NCBI RefSeq assembly: GCF_006345805.1
Contig: NC_043012.1
Location: forward strand, 59,272,001 to 59,336,000
Direction of reading: 5' to 3'
Length of the DNA stretch: 64,000 nt
From: Octopus sinensis
Lineage: Eukaryota
Made by a program: the position numbers and the translations under genes. Position 1 is the stretch's first letter; each line of letters opens with the position of its first letter. Below the pieces are notes generated by a model that ran no database searches, was not told where the DNA came from, and saw only the letters and a list, made by a program, of their open reading frames with translations. Below, piece by piece: positions 26,411 through 39,820 of the stretch.

Positions 26411-27331
26411 AAAATAAGTGAGATTAAATTATCAACATTAACCAAAAGCATCCTCAATCCTGTTTTATTGTTGACCTAAAAAAATATTGTGATGTTTTTT
26501 CTCTCTTTTTGCATTCGTAATGTATTACATCTATCTGTCAATCAAGCTCTCTGTTTATCTATCTCTACTTCAATATCTCTACCTGTCTGTATCTATTTCA
26601 ATCTATCTCTGTATCTATCCCTATTTCAACCTATCTCTCTATTTATCCTTATTTCCGTCTATATGGCTGTCTATCTCCATCTCTATTACTTTTTCAAATA
26701 TTTATTTGATGATTATCATAACTGTCCCAAAAATGTTTGACTTCCTGCCAAATATGACAAGTTGACATGGCAAAAACACCCATTTTGTTCCCTAACTATG
26801 CTGTATAAATAATTAAATTACAGAAAATTCTTCATTCCGAAAGTAACTCTCACTTTGAGAATATGGTGACTTATTTAAATCAAACGTAAATAAATTTCAT
26901 TGATATGCATGCATGCATAAATAAATAAACAAGAATAAATTTGCTGACTGCGTATGCGTGGGTATGGATCTGAGTGTATGTATGTGAGTGTACATGGATC
27001 CTTGTGTGTGTGAAAAAGAGAGAGAAGATGCTTGTAGGTGTGGTACATTTGATACGTATCTATAGATGATGAAGAAGTGTAGATGGATGCTTTGGTCTTA
27101 ACTGAGTGAAGGGTAAATAAATGAATAAATGAACAAGTAAATAAATAAAACGAGGAACAAGATGGAAAGCAATATTTGAATATAACATTTCTACAACTTG
27201 AAAACCTCTAGACATCGGAGAAAAATACAATTTTTATACTGTTAAAATCAATTCAACTGACATTTTCTTAAAATCGTTTCCACCAGCTCTAATACTGAAA
27301 AGAAGAAAAAAACATATGTAACAACAACAAC

Positions 27332-27381
<50 letters not shown>

Positions 27382-28469
27382 TAATATTAATAATAATAAT
27401 GAATACAAGATTTTATTATTTGTGTATAGGTCTGTTTGTGTGTATGTTTGAATTTTAAATCTAATATTTTTTACCATTTACAATTTTTACATTTTATTCT
27501 TTATTTTTTAAGTGCCTCGAAAATGAGAAATGTATTTTCTCGTTTTTTTTTATTTTTTCGATTGTTAAATCTGTGTTTATTTTATTTTATTTAATTTTCA
27601 GTTTATAATATTTTTTTCATATTCACTTGTATTTTGTTATTGTAGCTACTGCTGCTGCTGCTGCTACTGCTACTGCTGCTGTTGTTGCTGTTATTGTTGT
27701 TGTCTTTCAACGAAGAATGTTCGTGACATATTGAGTGCTTTGGATCAGAACTTGATTCCCGTGTAGCAGAGCAAGAGAATCAAAATCATATTTCCTCATA
27801 TAATCCCTGACTCCTGTTTGTAGGCTTGAGTTTTTTTGGGGTTTTTTACAAATAATATTTCACTGATTTTACTTCTCTATTATTATATTCTATATACGCG
27901 TGTTTTTACTTCTATTTATTTCATTCTATTTCGTATTTAAATTTTTTATTATAACCAAGTGATGGTGATCTTCCTGAGCTCACGTAATAAAATGCTCAAC
28001 TCAGGAATATTGACAGCTCCAAAATACCCCTTCGAGTAAAGGATTTCTCTTTTAGTTTTAAATATTTTTATGATATTTCTTGATTCCAGCCACGTACATT
28101 ATTGCTATGGAGTGCTTAGTTGGATTAGAATGAGACTTAAGCCTTCAGATTGAGCTTCCAATTCGTTGAATTTCAACTTGTTGGCTCAAATTTAAATAGT
28201 TGGAGATTGGTGAGAAATATGTAAAACATTCAATGACTGTTAGTTAAGATTTCCATATTCCTTGCGCGCGTCGGACAAAATGCTTAACGGCATTTCTTCC
28301 TGCTCTTTACGTTCTGAGCTCAAATACCACCGAGGTCAACTTTGCATTTCATCATTTTGAGGTCAGTAAAATAAGTAACAGTCACCCACGCGGTGCGGGG
28401 AGGAGCTAATATAATCGTCTAAACATTCTCCCTAAAATTATGGGCCTTGAAACAAGTATCTATTTATGC

Positions 28470-28910
<441 letters not shown>

Positions 28911-29659
28911 GGTACTTATTTATTTATTTATTTATTAACAACAATGATATCTGATGATAGGGAATGACATCAGATATCATCCAAGAAAGTAATATACGTT
29001 TTACAGAATATTGATTGAGAGTTAAGTAAGACATTTTTACAGTCATCCTCCGCGTCGTTAACCAGAGGTCAAACGAAAGTCTTCATCGATAGGCTCTACT
29101 GACTTCCCAAATTCTCTACGAGATCGTGATGGATGGCGTTGCCGTTCGCGAAGCAACTGTACAAGGTCAACCAAATGAATAATATGGCACATATCTGCTT
29201 AAGCGTTACTTTCAAATATCTCCACAATTCCAGCATCTAATATTCAATTGTGCCTATAAAGATAAAGCCAGTGTCTCTTTTATATCCATATGCGTCTATA
29301 TGTATACGTGTACACGTATACTTCATATGTATATAATGTAAACATAGAAAATAAAGATGAATATAAAGCTTAACGACAACTGAGAAGAACTCTCTTAATA
29401 GCAGGACTTACCCGGATAGTCAGGACACTGGGCCTTTTAGTATTTATTTATTTATTAACAAGCCACAGCATACGTAGATAACTATTGGTGCACTTTCGAC
29501 CGGCGAGAGGGCCAATGCTTGAAGACGACACTGCAACTATGTGATATTATAACCTACTTACTCTGATCAGATCATTTCCCAGGTATGGTACTGGCTGATC
29601 ACTGATGTAGTTTATCTGTGACAACCTACATAGATTTCCTTTAGATTTAGAAGAAAAGC

Positions 29660-29820
29660 ACAGGAGTGACTTTGTGGTAAGTAGCTTGCTTACCAACCGC
29701 ATGGTTCTGGGTTCAGTCCTACTGCGACCTTCGGCAAGTGGCTTCTTCTCTAGCCTCTGGCCGACCGAAGCCTTGTGGCTGGATTTGGCAGACGGAAACT
29801 GAAAGATGCCCGTCGTATAC

Positions 29821-29896
<76 letters not shown>

Positions 29897-30150
29897 GTGT
29901 GTGTGTGTATGCATGTATGTATATGTGAGTTTGTGTTTGTTTGTGTGTTTGTGTGTCTGTATTTGTCCCTCCACCATCGCTTGACAACCGATGCTGGTGT
30001 GTTTACGTCCCCTTAACTTAGCGGTTCGGCTAAAAAGGACCAGGCGTACAAAAAGCAAGTCCTGGGGTCGATTTGTTCGACTGACGGCGTTGCTCCAGCA
30101 TTACCACAGTCAAATAACTGAAACAAGTAAAAGAAGAAAAGAAAAAAAAG
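29660..30150 (+). mobile_element. Family B SINE
   Basis: Complete head, (TA)n(TG)n middle and tail. Confidence 0.85.
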
Positions 30151-30390
30151 AACTAATTTCGTAAATGTTTGGTAAACGTAAATGCTACAGAATCTCTGTG
30201 CATTTATTTATTTATTTATTTATTTATTTATAATATTGTTTCAGACTAATATAGAAATATTATAATTTCTAAACTTCTCTACAGCAGCAGTATTGAGTAC
30301 AATATTTATTGCCAACATTTCAGTCCATATAAATATAAACAAAACCTTCGAACAAAGGTCATCAGCAACCCCTGTTGGACTCGGCTCCTT

Positions 30391-30431
30391 GCACATTGAT
30401 AAGGGACAACTACTCCGAAACCGGTCTGTGG
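30391..30431 (+). ncRNA. Type I hammerhead motif with U3-A8 core variant
   Basis: gcaca-TTGATAA-ggga(caacta)ctcc-GAAA-ccgg-TC-tgtgg: palindromic stem III accggt, GUC triplet, 4-bp stem I. Confidence 0.7.
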
Positions 30432-30750
30432 TTACCAAGCTAGCAAAGGGTAGTTGATGGCCTCCCGTGTTTGAAAGTTTATGGACGCATGTTCGTGCGT
30501 CATATAGCTAGCTAGAAGCGATCGCCTTTCGGAGTTAATCAACAGCAGAATTCGTCCTGTTTCTATGGACTGCCACGTTAGTTTGCCAATAAATATTAAT
30601 ACTCAGTACTGCTACTGTATCTTTCCTTTAGAAAGATTTAAAAATTATAACATTTCTATTTTTGAAAATCAGTGAATGTGTTTTACAGAATATATATAAA
30701 TAAAACCTTCGAACAAAGTTCATCAGCGACCCCTGCTGGAATCGGCTGCT

Positions 30751-30791
30751 CTACATTTATAAGGGGAAACTACCCCGAAACCGGTCTGTGG
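30751..30791 (+). ncRNA. Second hammerhead copy; G5-to-U core change, probably inactive
   Basis: ctaca-TTTATAA-gggg(aaacta)cccc-GAAA-ccgg-TC-tgtgg: perfect 4-bp stem II, 5-bp stem I with one GU. Confidence 0.6.
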
Positions 30792-32122
30792 TTGCCAAGT
30801 TAGCAAAGGATAGATGATGGCCTCCCCTGTTCGAAGGATTATGGACGCATGTTCGTGCGTCATATGGCCAGCTAGAGGCGATCGCCTCTCGTAGCTAATC
30901 AACAGCAGCATCCGTCCTATTTCTATGGACGGCCACGTTAGTGTTTCAGATTATAATACCACAAGTTCACTAGGAGTCTCAGGCATAAATATGTTATGCA
31001 TCTTCTCTTTTATCTCCGTTCTTTACTACTCTACTGCACATGACTACATTTCTGGACGATTTTAGTGGTGTGAGTTTTTCTATGGGAACATACTGAAAAC
31101 ATCTCGCTTTCAGTGGTCTTCCACAGTCCTTCATACACTGAAGTGTGACTGACTTCAAGAGAGAAATAGACTGACGGAATACACGACTCAGGTCCTTGAG
31201 TGGCACTTTAGAATACAAGAGGACAAAAAGTGAAATTAGTCACCACTTTTATCGCAGTTTGCGGAAGAAACAACTAAGAAATATATTTAGGAGTATATTA
31301 TCCAAGAAATCATTTATTTTTATGACGGTAGACTGTTTTGATAGAATTTTGGCTACTATTTCTAGCAGGTTGGTCAATCTCATAGAAGGTTCCATATCAA
31401 ATAGCATCAGATACGAACGTTGCGGTTTTATAACTACTCATTAAGTTTTCTGTCTATTCTACAGGAGGCAATATGATGCCGATGACGTCTTACACGACTC
31501 CACTAACTGAAGTGAAGGAGAGATTTAGTAATTTTCAAATCAGAAAACTGACCCGAATACTTACAACAGAGTGGACTCTAAACAAAGGCACCCAAAGTGC
31601 CATATGATGGTGTTTAACCAAGCAACGTGTTAGGTCTACTTTATCATAAGCATATTCTCTAAAACTCGTTCGCTACCATGGAGACAAAATGTTGTCAGTT
31701 TGTATGTTTTGTATGTTCGTTCTACAGCCAGAAGATTTCATTCATGAAGACAGCCAACAAAACTGCCAACGAGCAGCATGGAGAGGTGCCTTTGACTGTT
31801 AATAAACATAGCAATCCTTGATTCCTAGAGGAGTGATTCTTCAGCTTGCTGTACCAGGTGAAGTAGTGCAGAACTTTTTTTTTATGTAAGTATGTTACAA
31901 CTTTTGAGATCTGCAAAAGATCTGCAATGTTGACTTGACCTAGAAACTAAATCTTTAGCGCTGTGCCAATAACCTAATCGGCTCTGTGCTTCACATCAGA
32001 ATATTTTTCATTACATTTATAGCGATTGCTGCATCAGATTAAATGATTTCATCAGTATTAGAAACACACAAATTCCGTTGAAAATATCAAGACACATAAC
32101 AACAATAACAACAACAACAATG

Positions 32123-32251
<129 letters not shown>

Positions 32252-32812
32252 GTAATAATAATAATGATAATAATAATAATAATAACAATAACAAAGAACG
32301 GCAGATAAAAACAAATATTTAATTTATGTTATCGATTCAAATGAAATCTGCTTTTTCCGAGAAGATGAAACGAGTAGCAGCGAACAATTATCGATAACGG
32401 TAAACTTTATGACTAATTTAAATTAATTTAAATTTTCTGCAAAATTAACCCTTACTTTTCTTATTTAACACCAGGTTAAGATGGCTCTAATCAACTATCG
32501 TCACTTGACGTCCTAATTTTGCATATATCCTCCGTTTCGAAGAGCACTGTGAAATTAGAGAGAAAGCTAAAATTTTCCATTAAAGATAGTTAGGAAGTGT
32601 TCTGAGAACGCATTGGCAAGACCACGTAATTAATAAATTGTGTTAGTCCTATAGAGATCTAACAAAAGTAAACTTGACGATGTCATCACAAAACTAAGAT
32701 TAAAACTATCAGGTTAAATACTACAGCAACCAGAACAATGCCATTCTAAAACAAGTTTCAAATGAACACCACTAAGGAGAAAAAAATGACTGAAACCTAC
32801 ATGATACAGAGT

Positions 32813-33362
32813 TCATCCTTTCGGGGTCGATAAATAAAGTACCAGTTTCGTACTGGGGTCGATGTAATCGACTTAATCCCTTTGTCTGTCCTTGTTTGTT
32901 CCCTCTATGTTTAGCACCTTGTGGGCAATAGAGAAAAAATAAAGAAAAAAATAAACAGTCATATATAGACAAAAATAAACAATCATATATAGGCGTAGGA
33001 TTGGCTGTGTGGTAAGTAGCGTGGCACCTTGGGCAAGTGTCTTCTACTATAGCCTCGGGTCGACCAAAGCCTTGTGAGTGGATTTGGTAGACGAAAACTG
33101 AAAGAAGGCCATCGTATATATGTATATATATATGTGTGTGTATATATAAGTTTGTGTGTCTGTGTCCCCCCCCCCAACATCACTTGACAACCGATGCTGG
33201 TGTGTTTACGTCGCCGTAACTTAGCGGTTCGGCAAGAGTGACCGATAGAATAAGTACTAGGCTTACAAAACAATGAGTCCTGGGGTCGATTTGCTCGACT
33301 AAAGGCGGTGCTCCAGCATGGCCACAGTCAAATAACTGAACCAAGTAAAAGAGTAAAAGAGT
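32813..33362 (+). mobile_element. 5'-truncated family A SINE (32813-32940) followed by an internally deleted family B SINE (32992-33362)
   Basis: Similarity to in-window copies. Confidence 0.8.
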
Positions 33363-35147
33363 AATCAAATAAAGACAAATGTATATAAAATATGGAGCCA
33401 GAAGTTTCCCAGACAGACCTTAAGAAGAACAACTATATTCAGTTAAATACTGTATTTCATATATTACTTCTATTCGGGTTCTATAAGCATTTAAATATTC
33501 TTGGAGACATGTGCAGTGATTTTAACACGTCTCACACATGTCGAGCCACCGCATCGAATCACAGCAGAAGACCATTTTCTGATGACCACAGCAGAAGACT
33601 ATTTTCTGATGATCAATCAATACCATCTATGATCCCATTTGAATTTTATCCACCACATCATGAAGCTGCTGTCTTTGGCTGAGTGTAAAGAACCGGGACC
33701 AAATTTCACAGAATTACGATGCATTTTCAAGTTCTCCATATGTAAATACAAGAGAGTGGTGAAAAGTTTCTGGTTTTAAGGGTATGACGAAAGGCTTGGT
33801 TGGAGGCCCAGCCTTCTGAGTTTTTTTTATTTTTTACAGGGATTAGAAAAACTGAACGACTTCTACAATAAGTGTGAATCTGAGAGAGGAATATCTTGAA
33901 TAAAATCATAAGTAACTGATCGCCCTGTGTTTTCTTTTACCTAAAGCCAGGAACGTTCCAGCATCCCATCCATATGTCCCTGCATATCTGGTTTTATATC
34001 AGTGTGACCTCTAGATACATGCTTCATCAGAAGCTGAGGGGTGCCTTATCCAGTGGTCTTTCAGCATGCCGGACACCATCCCGGAGTTTCTGCGTACCCG
34101 TGCTATTGCTAGATAGCCATCGAGCCTGCACTAGGTTCAACAGGTCTTGTTTTTAATCATGCTGAGTTTCTAGCAACCCTCCTCACCAGGGTAGCCTGGT
34201 GGGGGTATCGGTTTAGCCGCCGACAACACGGCCATGTGTGATAGCAACGTATCTGAGCATAGAAATACCCTCGGTTGAAAGTGTGGGGGCCCTAGCTGTT
34301 GTCACAGCATCCTTGTGTAAAACCACCTGCCCCAAATCTTTACGGGTCATCTCTTGGTACAATTGACGGAGACTCGGAGAGTGGTACTCGTGTTATAGAA
34401 GCGTTTATAACTATAATCCAATGACGTACAGACGTTTATTTGTGGTGACCGCATGTGTCATTCCATCTGCCGAAAGTCCTATGGCGATGAAAGAGTGGAA
34501 ACGTGTGCACACCAGTTGGCTGTGCATAATAATTTACAACTTTCGTTTGTCATCTACGCTTTCAAACATGAAGACATGCAGCGGGACTCAATAGTCACCT
34601 GAGAGTTCATGGATGGATAGAAAGAAATGTCATAGACAACGATGAAGCTCCAGAAGTCGGTGCAGTTATCTGTGAAGACGTATGTTTTCTTGTTTTTTTT
34701 TGTTTTTTTTTTCTGAGTGGGTTGATGCATATCATGTTCAGAGGGTAGGATGGACCCTACGCAATGCCTTTTCATACTTTTAGACATTTGATATTTACTT
34801 CCAGCATATAGGCGTTGGCACTCCAGCTCTCTTAATTATAATTATATTTTTATAATTATGTACTTGAATATGTATGTACACACACACAAACACAAACACA
34901 CACACATACACACACACACATATATTTATATAGGCAAACTTTAAGGAATCTTGTGTACGTCTGCATCGGCAAAACATGATTTTTAATATCTTTATTACGT
35001 GCTGCATATTCTTGCCCAAACAGGCAAAAACACTCAATCTAATATCCTGTGATGATATGATGGCATATGTCTGAATGAGTAGTCATCGTTTCAACACGTG
35101 TTGCAAGAGATGCACATCGTTGCCATATATGTGCAAAAGAGTGTTGG

Positions 35148-35455
35148 TGGAGGCCTATGGCCTAGTGGTTGGAGTAGCGGATTCGCGGTCGAGGGATTGC
35201 GAGTTCGAATCTCAGAACGGGCGAGGTGTGTGTTTATGAACAAAAAGCAGTTAAGCTCCACGCGGCTCCGGCAGTAGGTAATGGCGAAATTCTGCTGACT
35301 CTTTCGCCACAACTTCCTCTCACTCTTTCCTCTTGCATCTTGCAGCTCACCTGCGACGGGGACCGGCATCCCGTCAAGGGTGGGGAACCTATACGCCAAA
35401 GAAAACGGGAAACCAGCCCTATGAGCCGGGTGTGGCTGGAGAAGGAAAATAAAAG
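35148..35455 (+). mobile_element. Family C SINE
   Basis: ggcctatggcctagtggttggagtagcggattcgcgg head, gagttcgaatctc B box, aagctccacgcggctccggcag body. Confidence 0.8.
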
Positions 35456-36189
35456 AGTATTGGTCCCTAACAGGATTGAAAAGCCACAATATTGCTATAA
35501 GAGAACAATCAAGAGATAGCATTGCACGAATTTGAGTGCAGCCAATATGTTCATACATATCTATAGTTAAATATCCACGTTGCACTTAGAGTTCCCGCTA
35601 TTAACTACAACAGCATTACAAGTATCAAGGAAGCTGGTTCTTAGTGGTCGACTTGCTGAACATAGCATTCAGCTAACCCTCGAAAGAGCACTCTAAAGTT
35701 GTCTTAAAGGAACATGTGCAATAAAGCGATCCACTCTTGTTTTTGAAAATAGTGAAGAAAAGACAGATTGGTAAAAAAAAAATATAAGAGCACCGAACTA
35801 AATGCATTAGAGATTTATCTTTTCCGCAGTTCAAGATTAAGGACTTCCATCATGGCTTAATTTGCACTTTAAACCTCTTGTTCGATAAAATAAGTAACTG
35901 TTTTGCCTGTAATTCGCTGGTGCCAATTACACCGAGTATAGATTTTCATTATAAATCAATATTTAAGAATATATAAAATGAAATTTTCACACGCAGTTAA
36001 CAGTGAACAGTAAACTAAACAAAAAAGTAAAGTTGAGCATATTCCAAAATTGACACATCAATAATGTATCTTTAGATTTATTTTTCCTCGTTCGATCAAT
36101 ATGTTGTCGTATAATTATATAGTGTGCATTATATATACATATATGTGTATGCATATATGTGTCTATACTTATATATAAATATACATATA

Positions 36190-36244
<55 letters not shown>

Positions 36245-36489
36245 TATATATGCATGTAGATAAATATATGTAGATTAATATGTATGTAGATATATGTATA
36301 TATATATATATATCGTATGTATGTATATATTAATTTATAGAGTTATATGAAAGAAAATCTCCCAAATCAGAATTTTCATTTTGTTTTGTGATGGCAGCGG
36401 TGGGCGGGGGGGAATGATTGCGTAGAATATATCACAAAAACAACCACAACACCAATAATAATAATAATAATAATAATATAATAATAATA

Positions 36490-36522
<33 letters not shown>

Positions 36523-36786
36523 AAATTATAAATTCCATGTTTACTAATTTATTTAAATAGATTCTCCAAACTTAAATAGAAACAAATCAAAGCCCGAGTA
36601 AATTAAATGTTGTTGATTCATTTTAATTTTGCATATATATCATACATAATTAGGTTGTTTGTAACTAAAATCAAATAAGTACAAAACTGAAACAGGAATA
36701 GAAAGTGTTCAGTATTATTTATGTATGCAAAAAAAAAAAAACGAAGAAAGAAAAGAACAACAACAAAAAGAATAATATTAATAATG

Positions 36787-36848
<62 letters not shown>

Positions 36849-37007
36849 GCAAAATTTTTTTAAAAATCAGAGAGAAATAGTGATGTGTCAGAAAGAGTAG
36901 GATGCCCAAGTTGATATAATTAGTTGCGTTGCCTTCACATTTTTAAGTGCAGATTCTCTTCGGAGAAGGGATTACGCATTTTCATCCTTTCAGGATCGAT
37001 ATAATGA

Positions 37008-37050
<43 letters not shown>

Positions 37051-37438
37051 TATAGTAGTAGTAGTAGTAGTAGTGGTGGTGATGGTGGTGGTGGTAGTGG
37101 TGGTGGAGGTGGTGGTGGTGGTGTGGATTTGGTGGTGGTGAATTTGGTGGTGGTGAATTTGGTGGTGGTGGAGTTGGTGCAGTAGTAGTAGTAGCGGTGG
37201 TGGTGGTTGTGTTGGTGGTGGTGGTGGTGGTGGTGGTGGTGGTGGCGGCGGCGGCGGCGGCGGCAGCGGAAGCACAAGTTGTAGTTGTAGTGGTGGTGGT
37301 GATGATGGTGGTGGCAGCAGTAATAGTTGTAGTAGAAGTAGTGGTGGTATTAGTAATAGCAGTGGTGGTGGTGCTGGTGCTGGTGCTGGTGGTTCTGGTG
37401 CTGGTGGTGCTGGTGGTGGTGGTGCTGGTGGTGGTATG
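37008..37438 (+). repeat. Compound (TAG)n/(GGT)n/(GGC)n trinucleotide tract
   Basis: Direct reading; source of the Thr/Pro/His-rich ORFs. Confidence 0.9.
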
Positions 37439-37867
37439 ATTCAATGATGGCGGATGGTGCGGATTCATTTAAATTATATTGGTTCCTTTTTAGAAAATTT
37501 ATGGCAGCCAAGTCGAAAGGAGTGTTTATTCTGTAACTATTCCCCCATGACGTACGGTTTCGTACATAAAATTTACTGCAATACTGATTACAAAATTATT
37601 ATTTGGGAATCAATAAACTGGGTCCCGCCACTTCTCCATCAGCCGATCGTTTCGATTTCTTTCATTTTGTTTTATATTGTTTTTGTAAAAAAAATTAATT
37701 TTTTGACGGCGTAAGTTTTGAACTCTAGCCAGAAATATTCCTCATTTCTTCCCCCTTTTTTCGACTCAGATCCGTAGTTCTTGATTATTAATTTCCAAGA
37801 GGATTAATCAAGTCATCATTGTATAAGTTTGAGTAACCATGTATGCAGTTAATAATTAGCAACGGTT

Positions 37868-38450
37868 AGGCGTCGAGCGGCTAAAAATCGTTAGTACACC
37901 GGGCCAAATGTTTAGCAACACTTTGTTCAAATTCTGCCGTGGTTGGCATTGTCTTTCATCCTTTCGGGGTCGTAAAATAAGTACCAGTTGAATATTGGGG
38001 TCGATATAATCGACTTATCCCTCCCTCGAACTTACTGGTTCTGTGTCAAAATTGGAACCTAATAATTAGGAATGGTTAGGCAACAAGCGGGTAAAAAATG
38101 TTAACAAGTCAAACAAAATGCTTAGCTGTATTTCCTCCGGTAAAGGCGGCGAGCTGGCCGAATCGTTAGCACGCCGGTCGAAATGCTTAGCTGTATTTCG
38201 TCTATCTTTACGTTCTGAGTTCAAATTCCGCCGAGGTCGACTTTGCCTTCATCCTTCCGGGGTCGATTAAATAAGTACCAGTTACGCACTGGGGTCGATA
38301 TAATCGACATAATCCGTTTGTCTGTCCTTCTTTGTCCTCTCTGTGTTTAGCCCCTTGCGGGTAGTAAAAAAATAGGTATTTCCTCGGGCTTTTTACATTC
38401 TGACTTCAGATACCACCGTGTTCAACACTGATTTTATCTATTTGACGCCG
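37868..38450 (+). mobile_element. Family A SINE cluster; a younger full copy (38144-38375) nested in an older copy
   Basis: gtatttcctccgg (38128-38140) and gtatttcctcggg (38376-38388) flank the younger copy. Confidence 0.75.
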
Positions 38451-39293
38451 ATAACATTTCTAAATTTTCTACCCTTGAAACCTGAATTGGACTGGAATCT
38501 CATTCAGCGAGATTGCTGTGATTTGGTCACATATATACGTCTTAGGTCGCGGCATATGGCCTAGTAGATAGGTGTTGTACGATAGCGAGATCGTGGCTTC
38601 AGTTCCTGGACCGGATCGTGTTTTTTTATCTTGAGCAAAACGCTGCACCCTAAGCTTCTTTACGATCACTTCAATACTTGACGTGTGGTACACTACACCC
38701 CTGTCCAGTCGATTTGATGGAAGGAATGAGCTAATATTCAGCATATTCATTTGCTAACTATAAATAATTCATTTGTGTAGGTTGTTCAGCAACAAATTGC
38801 ATTATCGCCATTTTCTGACTACGAGAGACTACAATCATACGGCATAGAAATACTTCCTGGTTCAAGAAAAAAATGGCAGTAGTTTTAGTGATATCCAGTT
38901 ATCCAGATTAATAGAAATTTATTTCAGAGAAGATAATTTTTATTAACTTTTATTAACTTCAACCAATGGGTGACAACCATGGTGGGATACTCTTTTACTC
39001 TTTTACTTGTTTCAGCCATCCGGCTGAGGCCATGCTGGGGCACCGCCCTTGGATATATATAATGTTCTCGAACCTAGTACTAATTTTCCAACCTTACTAT
39101 CATTGTTTAGTTATGGAATCGCTACGTTAAGTTATTGACAAAAAAGATACAACCAAACACACCGGTTTCATCCGGAAAACGTGAACACTTGCAATACAAA
39201 ATTATAAAAAATATACAATCACTCAGAAACGTGCGCATCCACACACACAATCACAAGCTAACAGGCTCACACACAGGAATACACATACTCAAA

Positions 39294-39324
<31 letters not shown>

Positions 39325-39415
39325 GTGTGTATGTATGTATGCATGTATGTATATATGTATTATTATTATTATTATGATTATGATTATTATTATTATTGTT
39401 GTTGTTGTTGTTGTA

Positions 39416-39612
39416 GTATTTAGGAATGGTCATTTTGCCAGTTTAGCCAATAAAAACATACGCACTATATATTTGGTGTTACTTTGCTTCAGCGTATTTA
39501 TTTTTACATTACGATTAATGTAAAAAATAAATAACGCTGAAGCAAAGTAACACCAAATATATAGTGCGAGTGATTTATTGGCTAAACTGGCAAAATGACC
39601 ATTCCTAAATAC
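39416..39612. repeat. Near-perfect palindrome with ~96-bp arms and a 4-nt loop (cgat)
   Basis: gtatttaggaatggtcattttgccagtttagccaataaa...tacatta-cgat-taatgta...tttattggctaaactggcaaaatgaccattcctaaatac. Confidence 0.95.
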
Positions 39613-39680
39613 AACAATATCTGTTTCAACACACGATTTCGCATCAAAAGTCTTGCAAAACAAATATATCATTATTATTA

Positions 39681-39744
<64 letters not shown>

Positions 39745-39761
39745 CATTATTATTATCATCA

Positions 39762-39820
<59 letters not shown>

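Larger units (their letters stand above)
30332..30942 (+). repeat. Two ~250-bp direct repeats with a 360-bp period, each carrying a hammerhead motif
   Basis: 30332-30582 aligns with 30692-30942; the 3' part recurs at about 39890-39990. Confidence 0.9.

Noticed and set aside
28944-28980. 13-bp hairpin containing CTGATGA
   Set aside because: The core string is sequestered in a simple hairpin with no GAAA partner.
30340-30370. Minus-strand CTGATGA next to a cctt/aagg hairpin in the 360-bp repeat
   Set aside because: No GAAA follows the hairpin, so it is not an antisense hammerhead.
33559-33612. Two copies of cacagcagaagac(c/t)attttctgatga
   Set aside because: A local ~27-bp tandem duplication with no spacers; not CRISPR-like or a ribozyme.
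36935-37468. Thr/Pro/His-rich 177-aa ORF resembling a mucin
   Set aside because: Fully explained by a compound trinucleotide tract that grades into (TAG)n.
37480-37640. Homeodomain-type motifs (tttatgg, cataaa, atcaataaa) in a non-repetitive island
   Set aside because: Short motifs are expected by chance in AT-rich DNA; no conservation data available.
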